A DNA stretch of 33,264 bases, from assembly GCA_034436275.1 (NCBI GenBank), contig DAOTVX010000038.1:1-33264 (forward strand), read 5' to 3'. Below, piece after piece: positions 1 to 8,402 of this stretch. This DNA comes from Anaerolineales bacterium (GTDB lineage Bacteria > Chloroflexota > Anaerolineae > Anaerolineales > Villigracilaceae). Position 1 is the first letter of the stretch. Every line of letters begins with the position of its first letter. The notes under the pieces were generated by a model. That model was given only the letters and a program-made list of their open reading frames with translations. It was not told where the DNA came from and did not search any database. Position numbers and translations under genes: made by a program.

Positions 1-10
1 ATCCATCCTT

Positions 11-86
11 GTCATTGCGAGCCGCCGCAGGCGGCGAAGCAATCCCCTTGCTTGCCGGGAGATTGCTTCGCTACGCTCGCAATGAC
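11..86. repeat. MITE-like nested inverted-repeat module (A-B-B'-A'), copy 1, probably truncated at the window edge
   Basis: gtcattgcgag (11-21) and ggcgaagcaatcc (33-45), then the reverse complements gattgcttcgc (61-71) and ctcgcaatgac (76-86). The same four-part module recurs at 10789-10899 and 20905-20980. Confidence 0.8.
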
Positions 87-127
87 AAGAGGCAGAGGGT
101 TCTCCATTAGCCATGGTAGGTAGTTAC

Positions 128-175
128 GATTGCTTCGCCGAAAAACGGCTCGCCATGACATGGCTGAGTAGTTAC
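128..175. repeat. Half copy (B'-A' arm) of the same MITE family; 48-bp stretch identical to 12807-12854
   Basis: gattgcttcgccgaaaaacggctcgccatgacatggctgagtagttac occurs exactly at both places. It is bounded by tagttac on both sides here. Confidence 0.8.
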
Positions 176-206
176 AAAGAAACACATGGAGTGTGGCTCA
201 AATTTT

Positions 207-313
207 CGGGGGAAAACGAATCAACGAATGCAGACGGCGGACAGCGAACGACCGTAGCACAGGCTTTCCAGCCCATTGGGGAAGACCGTCCACGAACAGG
301 AAACGAATAAACG
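207..313. repeat. ~85-bp tandem-repeat family (about 1.3 units), related to 32679-32803
   Basis: gggaaaacgaatcaacgaatgcagacggcggaca...gaccgtagcacaggctttccagccc matches 32731-32790 at roughly 85% identity. The start of the next unit (ggaaacgaataaacgaatgcgg) follows. Confidence 0.7.
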
Positions 314-340
314 AATGCGGCGCGGTTATTCGTTTATTCG
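304..340. other. Perfect 13-bp stem-loop formed from repeat-unit sequence
   Basis: cgaataaacgaat (304-316), loop gcggcgcggtt, attcgtttattcg (328-340) as exact reverse complement. Confidence 0.7.
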
Positions 341-438
341 TGGTCAGATATTCGTTGACGGTTCACCCGCCAATACGATCCCGCCAGGGAATTGCATCTT
401 CCCGAAAAAACGTGCCACACCCAACACGATGCTCCTGC

Positions 439-467
439 TTGACAGAGCCTCTGCCTCAAGTATATAC
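439..467 (+). promoter_or_regulatory. Sigma70-like promoter for the SPFH-SPFH-S24 cassette
   Basis: TTGACA (439-444), 16-17 nt spacer, TATATA/ATATAC (461-467). A GAGGT ribosome-binding site at 506-510 lies 6 nt before ATG 517. Confidence 0.55.
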
Positions 468-516
468 TGATTTGCAAGGGACAACCGCGACCGAGACGAA
501 AGTTCGAGGTTCTTCT

Positions 517-2109
517 ATGAATATCCTGGAACGCTGGCTGGGTCATATCAATCCCTGGCTGGCCATTGCGCTGACGACTGCCCTGCTGGTCATCGGGATA
601 GTTCTGGACATCAGGGCCAAGCGCCGCGCCGGAAGACAACTGGCACCGGCGGATGTGCTGGCGTATCTGGCCTTCGGGCCGATTGCCATTCTGTTCGCCG
701 CAGGCTTTTGGGCCGCCGCGCAAACAGAGACGCTGTCCAGGGCAATGGCAAACGGCGTTATCCTCATGCTCTGGTTGATCCTGTGGAGCGTGCCACCAGC
801 AGTGATATATCTCCTGACGCGCCGTCACAGTGGCCGACGTGGTCTGCACACCGCCCTCTGGCACGTTTTTATCCTGTTCCTGGGCTGGTTGCTTGGCCGC
901 TCCTGGGGGCTGCTCCTGTTTTCCCTGCCTTTGCTGGGAATATTTTACTTCTACCTGCACCAGGCCGCGCTGGTAACGCTACCGGCCTCCCAACCCGAAG
1001 ACAGGGAGGAAAACCGGTTGCGCGCCCGGATACTGCGTTTCTATGCCTGGGGAATGCAATCGGCCATGTACGTGGTGGCCGATCACGCCGGTCGCAAAGT
1101 AGAACGACGCATTGCCGGCCCCATCGCGCGTGGATTTGGCGCGCCGGGATTGCTCTGGATGCGTTCCCATCAGGTCGCTGGCATCACCAGCGGCGTGGAA
1201 TTCCGCCGCGTGGATGGGCCAGGCGTGGTCTACCTGAACAGGCTTGAACGGCCCTTCCAGATTGTAGACCTGCGCAATCAACTGCGTGTTTCCACGTTAG
1301 ACGTCACCTCGCAAGATGGAATATCCTACAAAGCCATTCTGTTCATGGCGTTCCGTCTGGATCGAGAAGAATGGTCAGATCCGCTCTATCAAGCGATTTG
1401 CAAGGAGAATCCCTTACTCGAACGGGCCAGACGTCCTGCACGTCGGAATTCGACATACCCTTACTCCCCTCTGCGCGTTCAGGCAGTGCTGAGCAGAACG
1501 GGCATCAAAACGCACGGCGGAGAACAAACCACGCTGCACTGGGACGAATGGGTAGTATCACAAGTGGAAGAGGTAGCACGGCAGGAACTGCATCGGCATC
1601 CCATCAATTACTTCTGGCAAACAGCAGGGGGCGTGACCCAGGCGCTGGAGGACATTGCGCACGCCATTACCAATCAAGCCGGCCAGCGGCTGCGCCCGGC
1701 GGGGGTGCATTTGCTGACGGCACGAGTGGTTAACTTCCGCTTCTCGGATCAGACCGAAAAAGAGATTGACAGCATCTCCCAGCAGCAAATCGAATCCTGG
1801 AAATCCGTCTGGGAAAGAAAGCGGGAAGAGCTGCTTGCCCGATCAGAGGCCGAAGCCGCCCGCATGCAACAAGAGGCCTGGGCGTATGCGCAATCCCTGT
1901 TGTTGACTTCTATTGCAGAAGGATTTGAGCGAGTCAAACAACTCCATCCTGATCTCCCATCCTCCGCCATCGCCCTGCTCTTCCTCAGCGCCATTCAGGA
2001 CTACCTCACCCGCTACCAACCGGGTGAGGAAAGGAACCTGCAGAACCTTTCGGCGGCTCTGGGCCGCCGAAAACAGACCGGCCACAGTGACGCCGGTGTG
2101 GAGCACTAG
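517..2109 (+). CDS. Membrane SPFH/band-7-like domain protein (531 aa), paralogous to the next gene
   Basis: ORF 193..2109 trimmed to the first ATG with a ribosome-binding site. The earlier part of the ORF runs through repeat sequence. The N-terminus is a hydrophobic multi-helix region (LAIALTTALLVIGIVL; LAFGPIAILFAAGFWAAA; VILMLWLILWSVPPAVIYLL; FILFLGWLLG...). It is followed by a beta-rich segment and an E/A/R-rich helical tail (EKEIDSISQQQIESWKSVWERKREELLARSEAEAARMQQEAWAYAQ), as in stomatin/prohibitin-like proteins. Confidence 0.6.
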   Translation: MNILERWLGHINPWLAIALTTALLVIGIVLDIRAKRRAGRQLAPADVLAYLAFGPIAILFAAGFWAAAQTETLSRAMANGVILMLWLILWSVPPAVIYLLTRRHSGRRGLHTALWHVFILFLGWLLGRSWGLLLFSLPLLGIFYFYLHQAALVTLPASQPEDREENRLRARILRFYAWGMQSAMYVVADHAGRKVERRIAGPIARGFGAPGLLWMRSHQVAGITSGVEFRRVDGPGVVYLNRLERPFQIVDLRNQLRVSTLDVTSQDGISYKAILFMAFRLDREEWSDPLYQAICKENPLLERARRPARRNSTYPYSPLRVQAVLSRTGIKTHGGEQTTLHWDEWVVSQVEEVARQELHRHPINYFWQTAGGVTQALEDIAHAITNQAGQRLRPAGVHLLTARVVNFRFSDQTEKEIDSISQQQIESWKSVWERKREELLARSEAEAARMQQEAWAYAQSLLLTSIAEGFERVKQLHPDLPSSAIALLFLSAIQDYLTRYQPGEERNLQNLSAALGRRKQTGHSDAGVEH

Positions 2110-2114
2110 ACGCG

Positions 2115-3470
2115 ATGCCATTCCGACCTTCTTCCAACCCCGCCGACTGGCAGACTGGCGTTTACAATCGCCAGGAATTCGATCGCGATATAGCACAACG
2201 CCGGGTGCATCTGTGGCTGTCTTTTCTCGTGGCTACTCTGCCGGCAGGGCTGGTGCTTTTCGCCCTGTTGCAGTACGAACGCACCAGCAGGCTTTTCACT
2301 TCCTGGAACGCCTGGATATTAACGCTGCTCGGTATCCTCCCGTTAGCAATGTTATTCGACTTTCTGATAGTCAGAGCAGCCGTGCGGATCGCGGCGCAAT
2401 TCTTGCGCGAATTCTACCGGCCGCCTGAAGAGATCAACCCTGCACGAATCATCTGGTTTCGTCTGTACGGCATGTCAGATTTCACGAAAGTCGGTGAATG
2501 GCGGCAATTCCCTTACATCCTGGTCCGGGAAGGGAAATTGTTTGATGAAAAGGGTGACCATCAGGCCTGGATGGCGCAAAATCTGGGCGGGCCGCTGCGC
2601 CTGATTATTTTCGATGGCAACGCTCTGTATCTGGAACGAGGAGGCCGTTTTTCCCGCGTGGTTGGTCCGGGCCGTACCACCGCCTTTCTGGATTGGTTTG
2701 AAACGATCAAAGAGATCGTGGATACCCGCCCTCAAATGAGAGAGGACGCTCTGCTCCCCTGCTGGACGAGGGATGGAATTCGGGTCAACGTGACCGCGCG
2801 CGTGGAGTGTTCTTTAGGGAACCCGGCAGGCGAACAACGCAGGCTGCTCTATCCTTTCGATCCGGTGGCAGTCAGGAACGCCGTCGAACGCACCTCTGTG
2901 CGCATGCCCGACGGCAAAACACTCACCGAGATGAAAGGCTTGGATTTGGTCTGGGGGCAGGTGACCGGTGTGATACCGGATTATATTGGTCAATTCAAAC
3001 TGGACGAACTGCTCCTGCCCGAGCGAGGGGCCAGCCCAATCCTCAGCGCGGAAGCCACACAACACCTGCGCGACGCACTCAACCGGCTGACGCAACCGTT
3101 CGGTTACCACGTAACGAATGTGCAGATTACGCGTATCGAACTCCCTGCCGCCATCGAGGAACAGCGTGAACGCAACTGGCAGGCCGAACGGCAGAGTCTG
3201 GCGAATTTAATGCACGCCCAGGCAGAAGCGGCGCGCATTCGCGCCATCGAGCAGGCCCGCGCCGAAGCGCAACGCGACCTGATTCTGGCCATTGCCGAAG
3301 GCCTGAATCGCGATCCTACCCGGCGCTTTGCCGAACCGCTCCTCCTCGCCCTGACCAGCACGATTACCACCAGCCTGGCGAATCCGCTTGTGCCGCCTCT
3401 GCTGACTCCCGAAACGCTCCGCTCACTCGAGCAGTTAAAGGCCTTGCTGGAGGGGCAACATGAAACCTGA
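2115..3470 (+). CDS. Membrane SPFH/band-7 (stomatin/prohibitin-like) domain protein (451 aa)
   Basis: Two N-terminal TM helices (LWLSFLVATLPAGLVLFALL; ILTLLGILPLAMLFDFLIV). An SPFH-like core ends in TNVQITRIELPAAIEEQRERNWQAERQSLANLMHAQAEAARIRAIEQARAEAQRD, the typical coiled-coil tail. There is a 5-nt gap after the previous gene. Confidence 0.7.
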   Translation: MPFRPSSNPADWQTGVYNRQEFDRDIAQRRVHLWLSFLVATLPAGLVLFALLQYERTSRLFTSWNAWILTLLGILPLAMLFDFLIVRAAVRIAAQFLREFYRPPEEINPARIIWFRLYGMSDFTKVGEWRQFPYILVREGKLFDEKGDHQAWMAQNLGGPLRLIIFDGNALYLERGGRFSRVVGPGRTTAFLDWFETIKEIVDTRPQMREDALLPCWTRDGIRVNVTARVECSLGNPAGEQRRLLYPFDPVAVRNAVERTSVRMPDGKTLTEMKGLDLVWGQVTGVIPDYIGQFKLDELLLPERGASPILSAEATQHLRDALNRLTQPFGYHVTNVQITRIELPAAIEEQRERNWQAERQSLANLMHAQAEAARIRAIEQARAEAQRDLILAIAEGLNRDPTRRFAEPLLLALTSTITTSLANPLVPPLLTPETLRSLEQLKALLEGQHET

Positions 3471-4479
3471 AATTGAGCGCATCCTGCGCCTGATAACCTT
3501 CCCTCCCGATTGTGAGCCGCTGCGTGTACAACGCGAGCAGATATTTCTCATGTCCTCGCAAGAACTGTTAACTTTCCTGCTCTCTCTGGAGGATTTTCTG
3601 CAACAACCCTCGGCAGAGTTGATTCATGACTGCGCCTATCACTATCTGCTCGCCGGGACGATTGCCCTGGAGGAGAACAAAACGCGCCCGGCCCTTCGCT
3701 GGCTGGCACAAGCCGCCGATTCATTCCGCCGTCAGAACGATTTTTATAACGAAGCCCTGGCCTGCTGGCTCGCCGGCCTGGCCTGCGCGCGCGACCATCA
3801 GGTAGCCCAGGCAAAACGATATTATCAGCAGGCCAGCGATAAAATCAACTGCTGGGCTTCTCTGGAAGATCAAATGGAATCGAACATCTACCATCAAATC
3901 CGGCAGGGGATAGAGAGCAGTCTCGCGGCGACGCAGCAACCGCAGCCTGCCCCGGCCGGCGCCGCGACGGCAGCCGGGCCCGCAACCACCCTCAGTTTTC
4001 TCTCCCTGCGTTCCTTCCCCCATTTCGGGAGCGTTCAGGCAGGCCCCAACGGGCCTGTTTGGGCAGAAAGTGAAGGGACGGAAATCACGATAGCCATCGA
4101 CGGTTTCAGCATTGACACGGTAACCTACCGCGTTTTTTCTGTCCGACAAGGCGATAGCCGCATCAACCTGCAACGCCATCAACACTATGGTTTGGTTACC
4201 GTACATGGGGATAGCATGAACGCGGCCAAACCGGTACCCCTGACTGATGGCGATCTGGCGCTCTTCTACGCGGCAGACACGGCGGCCAACAATGAAATCG
4301 TCATCGCCTCCCACCCGGACGATAGCGGCTCCGGCTACCAGTATATGATTAAGCGCTGGCGAGCCAGTCAGCAGGCGTTCGTCTCAGAATCCCAAAAGGA
4401 ATATGAGCCAATCCCCTATGATCACCATCATCGCATCCTGGGCGTGGTGATTGCTGTCGCCAAACGGCCATCCCTTTGA
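3460..4479 (+). CDS. S24 (LexA/UmuD-like) autopeptidase-domain protein with TPR-like N-terminal domain; no HTH domain
   Basis: The C-terminus aligns motif-for-motif with the LexA C-terminal domain: VHGDSMN (Ser nucleophile), LTDGDLALFY, YMIKRW (Lys general base), ILGVVIAVAKR. The upstream segment FGSVQ-AG-PNG resembles the LexA Ala-Gly cleavage site. The start overlaps the previous gene by 11 nt. Confidence 0.8.
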   Translation: MKPEIERILRLITFPPDCEPLRVQREQIFLMSSQELLTFLLSLEDFLQQPSAELIHDCAYHYLLAGTIALEENKTRPALRWLAQAADSFRRQNDFYNEALACWLAGLACARDHQVAQAKRYYQQASDKINCWASLEDQMESNIYHQIRQGIESSLAATQQPQPAPAGAATAAGPATTLSFLSLRSFPHFGSVQAGPNGPVWAESEGTEITIAIDGFSIDTVTYRVFSVRQGDSRINLQRHQHYGLVTVHGDSMNAAKPVPLTDGDLALFYAADTAANNEIVIASHPDDSGSGYQYMIKRWRASQQAFVSESQKEYEPIPYDHHHRILGVVIAVAKRPSL

Positions 4480-4529
4480 TGCCTTCATCTCAGGGTTGTT
4501 CCTCATCGCCTGATATTCTGGCAAATCGC

Positions 4530-5468
4530 ATGATGACCGCGCGTTCTTCCTGTCTTCTCCTGGGCGCCGCCAGCCTGGACCTGATTGGCCGGCTGGAGGG
4601 AGAACTGCAGCCGGGCACGTCGAATCCGGCGCATATCCGCGCCGCTTACGGCGGCGTGGCGCGCAATGTAGCCGAAAATCTGGCGCGATTGGGAGAACAG
4701 GCGATATTAATGACAGCCGTCGGCGCGGATCGCATCGGCGAGGAAATCCTGAACCATACCGCCCAGGCAGGAGTGGATGTCTCTGTCTCTATCCGCAGCG
4801 AAGCGTTCCCCAGCGGCTTTTACCTGGCCGCCCTCGACCCGCGCGGCGCCCTGGCATTCGCTCTGGACGATATGCGCGTGATGACCAGCCTGACCCCCAC
4901 GGTAATACGCGAGCACCAGGCGCTCTTCCGCTCCGTCTCTCTGGTCTTCGTAGATGCCAATCTCTCCCCACAGGCGTTGAAAACCGTTTTTGCCCTGGCC
5001 AGGAAAGCCGGCGTACCCGTTTGCGCGGATCCCACCTCGGTCAGTCTGGCAGAGCGACTCAGGGAACATTTGCAGGATTTATTCTTGATTACGCCGAATA
5101 GTGCCGAGGCCGCCGTATTGACCGGTCAGCCTTTCGATCCGTCCGATGTGAACGCCGCTACCGCCGCCGCGCGCCGGCTGGTGGCTCTGGGCGTCCAGAC
5201 GGCAATCATCACGCTGGCCGAGTTCGGGGTCTGTTACGCCACTTCCGAGACAACCGGCCATATCCCGGCCCTGCGCACGAAAATCGTTGACCCGACCGGC
5301 GCGGGCGATGCCCTGACCGCCGCCGTCCTGTTCGGCCTGTTGAATGAGATTCCTCTCGATGATGCCCTGCGCCTGGGCGTTTCCGCCGCATCCCTCACCC
5401 TGCGCGCTGAAGGTACTGTAGACCCCCACCTTTCACTGGAACGATTATACGACCAGCTGCTGATATGA
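4530..5468 (+). CDS. psuK: PfkB-family carbohydrate kinase, probable pseudouridine kinase
   Basis: Ribokinase-like fold motifs (N-terminal LLLGAASLDLIG; C-terminal DPTGAGDALTAAVLFGL anion hole). Sits immediately upstream of psuG with an ATGA overlap. In-frame alternative starts exist at TTG 4476 and ATG 4479, which overlaps the S24 gene's stop. Confidence 0.75.
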   Translation: MMTARSSCLLLGAASLDLIGRLEGELQPGTSNPAHIRAAYGGVARNVAENLARLGEQAILMTAVGADRIGEEILNHTAQAGVDVSVSIRSEAFPSGFYLAALDPRGALAFALDDMRVMTSLTPTVIREHQALFRSVSLVFVDANLSPQALKTVFALARKAGVPVCADPTSVSLAERLREHLQDLFLITPNSAEAAVLTGQPFDPSDVNAATAAARRLVALGVQTAIITLAEFGVCYATSETTGHIPALRTKIVDPTGAGDALTAAVLFGLLNEIPLDDALRLGVSAASLTLRAEGTVDPHLSLERLYDQLLI

Positions 5469-6397
5469 ACTCATCATCGCTACGTATCGCCCGTACCCCC
5501 GAAGTCACTCAGGCCCTGCAACGCGGCCTGCCTGTCGTGGCCCTGGAATCGGCAGTGATCACGCACGGCCTGCCTCGCCCCAGCAACCACGCTCTGGCGC
5601 GCGGCATGGAGCAAGCCATCCGCGACGAAGGAGCAACGCCGGCCACGATCGCCGTCCTCCATGGTCAGATTCACGTTGGTCTGACCGCAGAGCAGCTCCA
5701 GCAATTAGCCCAGCAGAGCGACGCCCAGAAGATCAGTCCGCGCAATCTGGCCGCTGTGCTGCTGCAGAAAGGAAGTGGCGGGACAACGGTCGCCGGCGCA
5801 CTCTGGATCGCCCAACGCGCGGGGCTGAAGGTCTTTGCTACCGGTGGCATCGGCGGCGTGTATTCGCCGCTCACCCTGGATATCTCCGCCGACTTGCCCC
5901 TTCTGGCCGAGTCGCCCCTGATTGTCGTCTGCGCTGGAGCAAAGGCCATTCACGATTTGCCCGCCACCCTGGAATACCTGGAGACCGTTGGCGTGCCGGT
6001 CATCGGCTATCAGACCAACGAGTTTCCGGCCTTCTACTGGCGCGAAAGTGGCCTGCCGGTGACCATACGCCTGGATACGCCCAAAGAGGTGGCAGATTTT
6101 GCGCGCCTGCACTGGGGTCTGGGAATGCACAGCGCGGTGCTGGTCTGTCAACCTCCACCCCGTGAGCAAGCGCTGCCCCGCGCCGGGCTGGAAAGCCTGA
6201 TTCACCGTGTGCGAGCCGAGGCCGAGAAACAAAACATCCGCCGTCAGGCATTAACGCCGTTCCTGCTGCAGCGCCTGAACGATCTGACCCATGATGAAAC
6301 GCTGCGCACCAATCTGGCGCTCTTGCTGCACAACGCCTCGCTGGCCGCCCGCATCGCCTGCGCCATGCCTCTGGAAAAAACTCCCCAGACCATTTGA
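5465..6397 (+). CDS. psuG: Pseudouridine-5'-phosphate glycosidase
   Basis: VVALESAVITHGLPRPSN and FATGGIGGV motifs are characteristic of PsuG (indigoidine synthase A-like family). ATGA overlap with psuK. Confidence 0.85.
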   Translation: MNSSSLRIARTPEVTQALQRGLPVVALESAVITHGLPRPSNHALARGMEQAIRDEGATPATIAVLHGQIHVGLTAEQLQQLAQQSDAQKISPRNLAAVLLQKGSGGTTVAGALWIAQRAGLKVFATGGIGGVYSPLTLDISADLPLLAESPLIVVCAGAKAIHDLPATLEYLETVGVPVIGYQTNEFPAFYWRESGLPVTIRLDTPKEVADFARLHWGLGMHSAVLVCQPPPREQALPRAGLESLIHRVRAEAEKQNIRRQALTPFLLQRLNDLTHDETLRTNLALLLHNASLAARIACAMPLEKTPQTI

Positions 6398-6433
6398 AGG
6401 TCGCCATAAGCCGTTCCGAGAAACGCCCTGCCC

Positions 6434-7240
6434 GTGAACCCTATGAACGACTCGCCAGCCCTGTCCGTACGCTATACTCCTGGTGCGGCGGTTGCCGCGT
6501 CGGGGCAAGGGTATCGTTTAAGCGTCCCGGCAGGGAAAGGAGGAACATACCGTCTGGCGCAGTGCGATGACTATTCGCGGCGCAGTCGCAACCGTTTTCC
6601 TCATTATCCCCCCTTTTCCTTTTCCCTGCGGGCGCGCGTTTCAGCCGAAAATCTGCCCGGTACATGGGGTTTTGGCCTTTGGAACGATCCCTTCGGCTTA
6701 TCGCTGGGTTTCGGCGGCACGCCATTTCGTCTACCGGCTCTGCCGAACGCCGTCTGGTTCTTCTATGCCTCGACGGAAAACTATCTGACGCTGACCGAGA
6801 AGGTGTTTCTACCGGGGGAAGGAACGCGGCCGGTTCCGGCAAATGGGTTCTTCGCCGGGACATTTTGCTCACCGCGCTGGCCGGCCTGGCTTCTTGCGCC
6901 GGCGCTGGTCGGTGCGCCGCTGCTCTGCATTCGCCCTCTGGCCAGACTGGCGCGCCGGCTGGCAGCGCGCCTGATGCGTCAAGACGGCGCGGCGATCACG
7001 GTACCGGTCACCGAATGGCACACGTACACTCTCCACTGGTCAGCCCACATGTGCGAGTTCCGCATAGATGAGCGGCTTCTGTTCCGTACCGCTCTCTCCC
7101 CCGCGCCACCACTGGGCCTGGTCATCTGGATAGATAACCAGTACGCCGCTTTCACTCCACAAGGCCGCTGGGCTTATGGTACACTAACCAATCCGGCCAT
7201 GTGGCTGGACATTGAAAACCTGTCCTTGCGCCACGATTGA
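6434..7240 (+). CDS. Hypothetical protein, possibly a beta-sandwich (concanavalin-like) fold
   Basis: 268-aa ORF with coding-like composition. Motifs WGFGLWNDPF and LVIWIDNQYAAF suggest a jelly-roll domain. No confident family assignment. GTG 6434 or ATG 6443 start. Confidence 0.45.
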   Translation: MNPMNDSPALSVRYTPGAAVAASGQGYRLSVPAGKGGTYRLAQCDDYSRRSRNRFPHYPPFSFSLRARVSAENLPGTWGFGLWNDPFGLSLGFGGTPFRLPALPNAVWFFYASTENYLTLTEKVFLPGEGTRPVPANGFFAGTFCSPRWPAWLLAPALVGAPLLCIRPLARLARRLAARLMRQDGAAITVPVTEWHTYTLHWSAHMCEFRIDERLLFRTALSPAPPLGLVIWIDNQYAAFTPQGRWAYGTLTNPAMWLDIENLSLRHD

Positions 7241-7265
7241 GTGCCACTCTTTTTCAACAGAAAGG

Positions 7266-7913
7266 ATGGAATCGGCCAGAATGGATTTTTCTCTCGAAGA
7301 GGCGCTGAAACTGCTCTTTGCCATACTGGTTGGCGGGTTGATTGGATTCGAACGCGAGTTTCACGATAAATCCGCCGGTTTTCGCACCATCATCTTTATC
7401 ACGTTGGGCGCTACGCTGTTCACCATCCTGTCATTCCATTTTCTGGATAATAGCGCCCGCGTGGCCGCCAATATTGTGACCGGCATAGGCTTTCTGGGGG
7501 CCGGCGCCATTCTACGCGGGGAAGGCGGCAAAGTCGCCGGCCTGACCACGGCCTCAACCATCTGGCTGGCCGCCGCCCTGGGCATGGGCATTGGCCTTGG
7601 CCTGTACACCCTGAGCGGCATTACTGCCGTGATTATCCTGATCGTCCTCTGGCTTTTCCCTTCCTTCGAACACTGGCTGGACAATCTGCGCGATACACAC
7701 ACCTACGAAGTCGTGCTATCGCGCACGTCTCCCCGGCTGGACACGCTGGAAGCCACTTTCCGCTCCTGTGGGGTACGCGTTTTCAAACGGAACGTATGGA
7801 AACTGGAAACCCGCGTGGTGTGCACCCTGTACACAGTTGGCAGGAAACGTTGCCATCAACAACTCATCCCCCTGCTCCTGGCAGATACCGAGATTCTGGA
7901 GTTCCGTTACTGA
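7266..7913 (+). CDS. mgtC: MgtC/SapB family membrane protein
   Basis: LLFAILVGGLIGFEREFHDKSAGFRT...GIGFLGAGAILR...TTASTIWLAAALGMGIGLG are MgtC-family signature segments. The C-terminal ACT-like domain is present. The start is ambiguous (ATG 7266 or 7281). Confidence 0.8.
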   Translation: MESARMDFSLEEALKLLFAILVGGLIGFEREFHDKSAGFRTIIFITLGATLFTILSFHFLDNSARVAANIVTGIGFLGAGAILRGEGGKVAGLTTASTIWLAAALGMGIGLGLYTLSGITAVIILIVLWLFPSFEHWLDNLRDTHTYEVVLSRTSPRLDTLEATFRSCGVRVFKRNVWKLETRVVCTLYTVGRKRCHQQLIPLLLADTEILEFRY

Positions 7914-7924
7914 CGGAGGTTGCT

Positions 7925-8389
7925 GTGGATCATCTGGAGAATAACACCATTATCCAAATTGGCATTGTCGTCCGCGATGTCGAAGACGCGGCGACCCGGT
8001 ACGCTCAGATTTTTGGCGTTCCCAAGCCGCAAATCGTCGCGATCGCGGCCGATTCGTTCGCCAACACCCATTATCGCGGCCAGCCTTCGAACGCCTGGGG
8101 CAAAGCGGCCTTTTTCGACATGGGCGCGGTACAACTTGAACTCATTGAGCCGGTCGGCGCGCCCAGTACCTGGGAGGAGTTCCTGCGCCTCCACGGCGAA
8201 GGGATTCACCATATTGCTGTGCGCGTTGAGCAGCTGGAAGAGGCCCAAGCCTTCCTCGCCGCGCGTGGAATGCCGGTGGTCCAGTCCGGAGGCTGGGACG
8301 GTGGACGTTATGCCTATATAGATAGCGTGAAGCAGCTGGGCGCCATGCTGGAATTGCTGAAGTTCGATCGCGAAACGTCGCGCCAGTGA
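7925..8389 (+). CDS. VOC-family (glyoxalase/bleomycin-resistance/methylmalonyl-CoA-epimerase-like) protein
   Basis: GTG start 5 nt after a GGAGG ribosome-binding site, immediately after the mgtC stop. IQIGIVVRDVEDAATRYAQIFG ... GIHHIAVRVEQLEEAQAFLAARGMPV is the typical paired beta-alpha-beta-beta-beta VOC pattern. Confidence 0.65.
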   Translation: MDHLENNTIIQIGIVVRDVEDAATRYAQIFGVPKPQIVAIAADSFANTHYRGQPSNAWGKAAFFDMGAVQLELIEPVGAPSTWEEFLRLHGEGIHHIAVRVEQLEEAQAFLAARGMPVVQSGGWDGGRYAYIDSVKQLGAMLELLKFDRETSRQ

Positions 8390-8402
8390 TCATCACGCCC
8401 CA

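Noticed and set aside
193-516. N-terminal 108-aa extension of ORF 193..2109
   Set aside because: The extension runs through repeat-family sequence and precedes the promoter and ribosome-binding site. The protein's hydrophobic N-terminus begins at ATG 517.
334-960. 208-aa minus-strand ORF
   Set aside because: Antisense to the SPFH gene. Gln/Arg/Gly-rich low-complexity translation typical of spurious high-GC ORFs.
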